From positions 5,855 to 69,854 of the forward strand of contig JANYBU010000288.1 in assembly GCA_025360665.1 (NCBI GenBank): a stretch of 64,000 bases of DNA. Direction: 5' to 3'. Numbering within the stretch: position 1 is the stretch's first letter; each line of letters opens with the position of its first letter. Source of the stretch: Nitrospira sp. (GTDB taxonomy: Bacteria > Nitrospirota > Nitrospiria > Nitrospirales > Nitrospiraceae). Of the stretch, positions 61,344 to 64,000 are shown one piece after another. Below the pieces are notes generated by a model. That model was not told where the DNA came from and did no database searches. It worked only from the letters and a program-made list of their open reading frames with translations. Position numbers and translations under genes: made by a program.

Positions 61344-62184
61344 GGCGCTGACCGCACAACCAACGAGAGTGTTGGTGCATCGGGGCCAGCCTTCCTGGCT
61401 GAGCGGTCTTCAGCATGTCAAGCCGGTGCCGGGCGACATCTTCGATCCGTCCTCACTTGATCGATTCTTGAGCGGCTGTGAGGTGCTCATTAATTTGACG
61501 GGGCAGGTCGAAGGCCCGGTGGATCGGTATCTGGGCCTCAACGTGAGAGGCACCCTCAATCTGGCGCAGGCCTGTGCGCGACAGCATGTGCTGCGCGTGA
61601 TCCATGCCTCCTCCGCCCTCGTCTATGGCGATGCGCTCAATGCCGCGGAAGAGAGTCCCTGCCATCCGTTCTCGCCCTACGCCACCATGAAATGTGCGGC
61701 GGAAGAGATCATGTGTTCGCTGCTGGGTCCGACGGCACAGGTGATGTGTTTCAGACTGTCCAATGTCTACGGCCCGGCTCAGACGAAGGGACTGATCCCC
61801 TACCTATTGAACTGTATTCGCACCCGGCAGCGCATCTCTATCGATGCCGACGGCGCGCAAACCAGAGATTTTGTCTATGTGAAGGACGTCGCCGAGGCGT
61901 TTGCGAAAGCCCTTACGACGCCTGACTGGGCCGACCACATCAACATCGGGTCCGGTGTTCCCACCAGCGTCATCACGCTCCTGCGCCAGATTGAGGAAGT
62001 GCTGGAGCTTCCCGCCATCGGGCAGTATTGCCCGGAGCATACCGGCGGCGAGCGGCGAAATACCGTGTCGATCGAACGAGCCGCGTCCGTCCTGGCCTGG
62101 CGTGCCACGACCACCTTGGAAGAGGGATTGCGCGCGATACTGCGCTCCCAGACGCTCACAGTTCATCATGAGGTGGCGGCATGA
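61282..62184 (+). CDS. NAD-dependent sugar epimerase/dehydratase (extended SDR)
   Basis: 300 aa. N-terminal IGGTGFIGRHL and the catalytic YxxxK (YATMKCAAEE). Confidence 0.85.
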   Translation: MANQTIALIGGTGFIGRHLLEALTAQPTRVLVHRGQPSWLSGLQHVKPVPGDIFDPSSLDRFLSGCEVLINLTGQVEGPVDRYLGLNVRGTLNLAQACARQHVLRVIHASSALVYGDALNAAEESPCHPFSPYATMKCAAEEIMCSLLGPTAQVMCFRLSNVYGPAQTKGLIPYLLNCIRTRQRISIDADGAQTRDFVYVKDVAEAFAKALTTPDWADHINIGSGVPTSVITLLRQIEEVLELPAIGQYCPEHTGGERRNTVSIERAASVLAWRATTTLEEGLRAILRSQTLTVHHEVAA

Positions 62185-63251
62185 GGCAGTTTATTGAAGG
62201 CAAGACCATTCTCGTGACCGGGGGCACCGGCTCCATCGGGTCTGAGATCGTCCGGCAACTCTTGTCCTACGATCCCAAGATGGTCCGCGTCATTTCTCGC
62301 AGCGAGCACATGCAATATCAGTTGATCCAGGAACTGGGGCGTCTGCCGAACCTCGTCTGCTTCATCGGTGACGTGCGAGACCCCGAGCGTCTGAACCGGG
62401 CTTCGGTCGAGGCCGACGTCATCTTCCACGTGGCCGCGATGAAACATGTGCCGTTGTGTGAGTTCAACGCCTTTGAGGCCATCGAGTCGAATGTGATCGG
62501 CGCGCAGAACGTCATCAACGCTGCCATCACGAACAAAGTCAAACAGGTTGTCGCAATCAGCACGGATAAGGCCGTCAATCCGATGAATGTCATGGGCGCC
62601 ACCAAACTGCTGGCGGAAAAACTGTTTACGAGTGCGCACCATTATGCTGGTGTCAGTGGGACCAAATTTGCCTGCGTCCGGTTCGGCAATGTGCTGGGGT
62701 CCCGGGGTTCCGTCGTACCGGCCTGGATCGACCAGATCGTCAAAGGTCAGCCGGTGACGATTACCGATCCGGATATGACCCGTTTCTTCTTGTCGATCCC
62801 GCAAGCCGTGAGTCTGGTCTTCAAGGCCATGAATCGCATGGTGGGAGGGGAGATCTTCATTTTGAAGATGCCGGTGTTGCGCATGGGGGATTTGGCGGAG
62901 GCGGTCATTCAGCATTTTTCGCCGGATCAGGGTATCGATCCCACGGCCGTCGAACGGAAGGTCGTCGGCATTAGGCCAGGCGAGAAGATGTACGAACTCC
63001 TCATGACGGAAGACGAAGCCTCCATCGCGTTGGAGGTCGACGAGATGTTCATCATCCCGCCGCACATCGAGATCCCGCATCGTGGCTTAAAGCGCCGCAC
63101 CTACGAAGGGGCCCAGCCGGCGCCGGCGGCAGGGTATGACTCCCGGCGTGATCTGCCGCTGGGACGCCGGTCGATTCTGCACATGTTGCAAGAGGTGTTT
63201 CCTGAACGTGTTCGGCGTCCGACCCTCCATCGTGCAGCCCTCACGGCTTAG
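62181..63251 (+). CDS. Nucleotide-HexNAc 4,6-dehydratase (CapD/PglF/PseB/LegB family)
   Basis: 356 aa. LVTGGTGSIGSEI, FHVAAMKHVPLCE and STDKAVNPMNVMGATK. Confidence 0.85.
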   Translation: MRQFIEGKTILVTGGTGSIGSEIVRQLLSYDPKMVRVISRSEHMQYQLIQELGRLPNLVCFIGDVRDPERLNRASVEADVIFHVAAMKHVPLCEFNAFEAIESNVIGAQNVINAAITNKVKQVVAISTDKAVNPMNVMGATKLLAEKLFTSAHHYAGVSGTKFACVRFGNVLGSRGSVVPAWIDQIVKGQPVTITDPDMTRFFLSIPQAVSLVFKAMNRMVGGEIFILKMPVLRMGDLAEAVIQHFSPDQGIDPTAVERKVVGIRPGEKMYELLMTEDEASIALEVDEMFIIPPHIEIPHRGLKRRTYEGAQPAPAAGYDSRRDLPLGRRSILHMLQEVFPERVRRPTLHRAALTA

Positions 63252-63270
63252 CCTTAGCGAAAGGACTCCC

Positions 63271-64000
63271 ATGAGTTTCCTCGAACAGAATCTTGCCATC
63301 ATCGAAGCGCGCGATCCGGAGTTGGCTGCGCTCATGCGTAGCGACCTCGATTGCAGCCACATCGAGGTGCTCCCGTCTCAGCAGCCGGATGTGCCGACTG
63401 CGCGGGTGACGCTGCCATCCGGAGAACTGGTCCTCCTCCACAACATCGAAGACCCGATCGGCAGCGCCGTTCGTTCAGCTGAAACACACGACATGAAAGC
63501 GGAGAACGGGTCGGTGGTGCTCGGATTCGGATTGGGATATCTGGCCAGAGAGTTGGCGAGGAAGGCGAAAAAAAACCACACAATTGTCATATGCGAAGCG
63601 GACCCGGCGATGCTGAAAACGGCGCTCACCCAGGTCGATTTGCATGAGGTCTTGGAATCCAACTATGTCCGGATATTGGTGGGTGAGCAGATTCCCTTCC
63701 AGGACTGGATCTTTAGACTGGCGACCAAGTTTATGACGGCCAAGGTGGATGTCATTTCCTATGCCCCCTCTGTCCGCCTCAATCCGAAGGCCTATGGAGA
63801 GCTTGAGGCGATTGCGAAGAAGGAGTCCCTGGCCATCATTCTGAACCGGAATACGACGCTGAAAGCCGGCGCGCGCATGATGGAAAATATGCTGCTGAAC
63901 TTTCCGGATGTCCTGCGGTCGACCGGCGTGAATCATCTGGAAAAATTATTTCAGGGAAGACCGGCGGTGCTGGTGGCGGCGGGGCCTTCGTTGGAGAAGA
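63271..64000 (+). CDS. Motility accessory factor (Maf)-type protein, 5' partial (runs off the window)
   Basis: An open frame from ATG 63271 to the window end, absent from the ORF track. It reads MSFLEQNLAIIEARDPELAALM...VVLGFGLGYLARELA...LFQGRPAVLVAAGPSLEK. The N-terminal layout and GPSL motif are typical of Maf flagellin nonulosonate transferases. Confidence 0.75.
   Translation, partial: MSFLEQNLAIIEARDPELAALMRSDLDCSHIEVLPSQQPDVPTARVTLPSGELVLLHNIEDPIGSAVRSAETHDMKAENGSVVLGFGLGYLARELARKAKKNHTIVICEADPAMLKTALTQVDLHEVLESNYVRILVGEQIPFQDWIFRLATKFMTAKVDVISYAPSVRLNPKAYGELEAIAKKESLAIILNRNTTLKAGARMMENMLLNFPDVLRSTGVNHLEKLFQGRPAVLVAAGPSLEK

Noticed and set aside
62166-63080. 304-aa minus-strand ORF inside the 4,6-dehydratase gene
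   Set aside because: It is an antisense shadow of a gene with clear SDR motifs.

Overview
This window is a nearly complete flagellar regulon from a moderately high-GC Gram-negative-type bacterium (L and P ring genes flgH and flgI are present). The gene order resembles the Bacillus fla/che operon but lacks che genes, which fits Nitrospirota or deltaproteobacteria-like lineages. I cannot confirm taxonomy without a search.

Gene content, left to right:
- An HDOD protein and a NarL-type response regulator.
- A sigma54 regulatory tier: a FleQ-like enhancer-binding protein, then an operon of an exported TPR protein, a FleS-like kinase and a FleR-like activator.
- Structural and export genes: flgBC-fliEFGHIJ-(ylxF-like)-fliK-flgDE, fliLMNOPQR-flhBAFG-fliA, a degenerate GGDEF gene, flgFGAHI-flgJ(rod-binding only)-flgMN-flgKL, and csrA-fliW.
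- A c-di-GMP block: a hybrid histidine kinase, an HD-GYP gene, a second frameshifted HD-GYP, and a YcgR-like PilZ protein.
- A nonulosonic-acid (legionaminic/sialic-type) glycosylation island with two Maf/DUF115 proteins and a B12-binding radical SAM enzyme.
- No flagellin, mot or che genes, and no rRNA, tRNA, CRISPR or obvious mobile elements.

Most notable observations:
- A CheY-like receiver domain is fused to FliH.
- A recurrent CTCAAG-N14-16-CCGATAG (sigma28-like) promoter motif links flgM, csrA-fliW, every c-di-GMP gene and the glycosylation island.
- Three near-perfect TGGCAT-N5-TTGC sigma54 promoters are present.
- A family of long palindromic intergenic elements has heptad-periodic GTTTC/GAAAC arms.
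- FliK contains a 102-nt tandem repeat.
- FlgK, FlgL and FlgE share modular inserts.

All calls come from reading the sequence and ORF translations; no database search was run.
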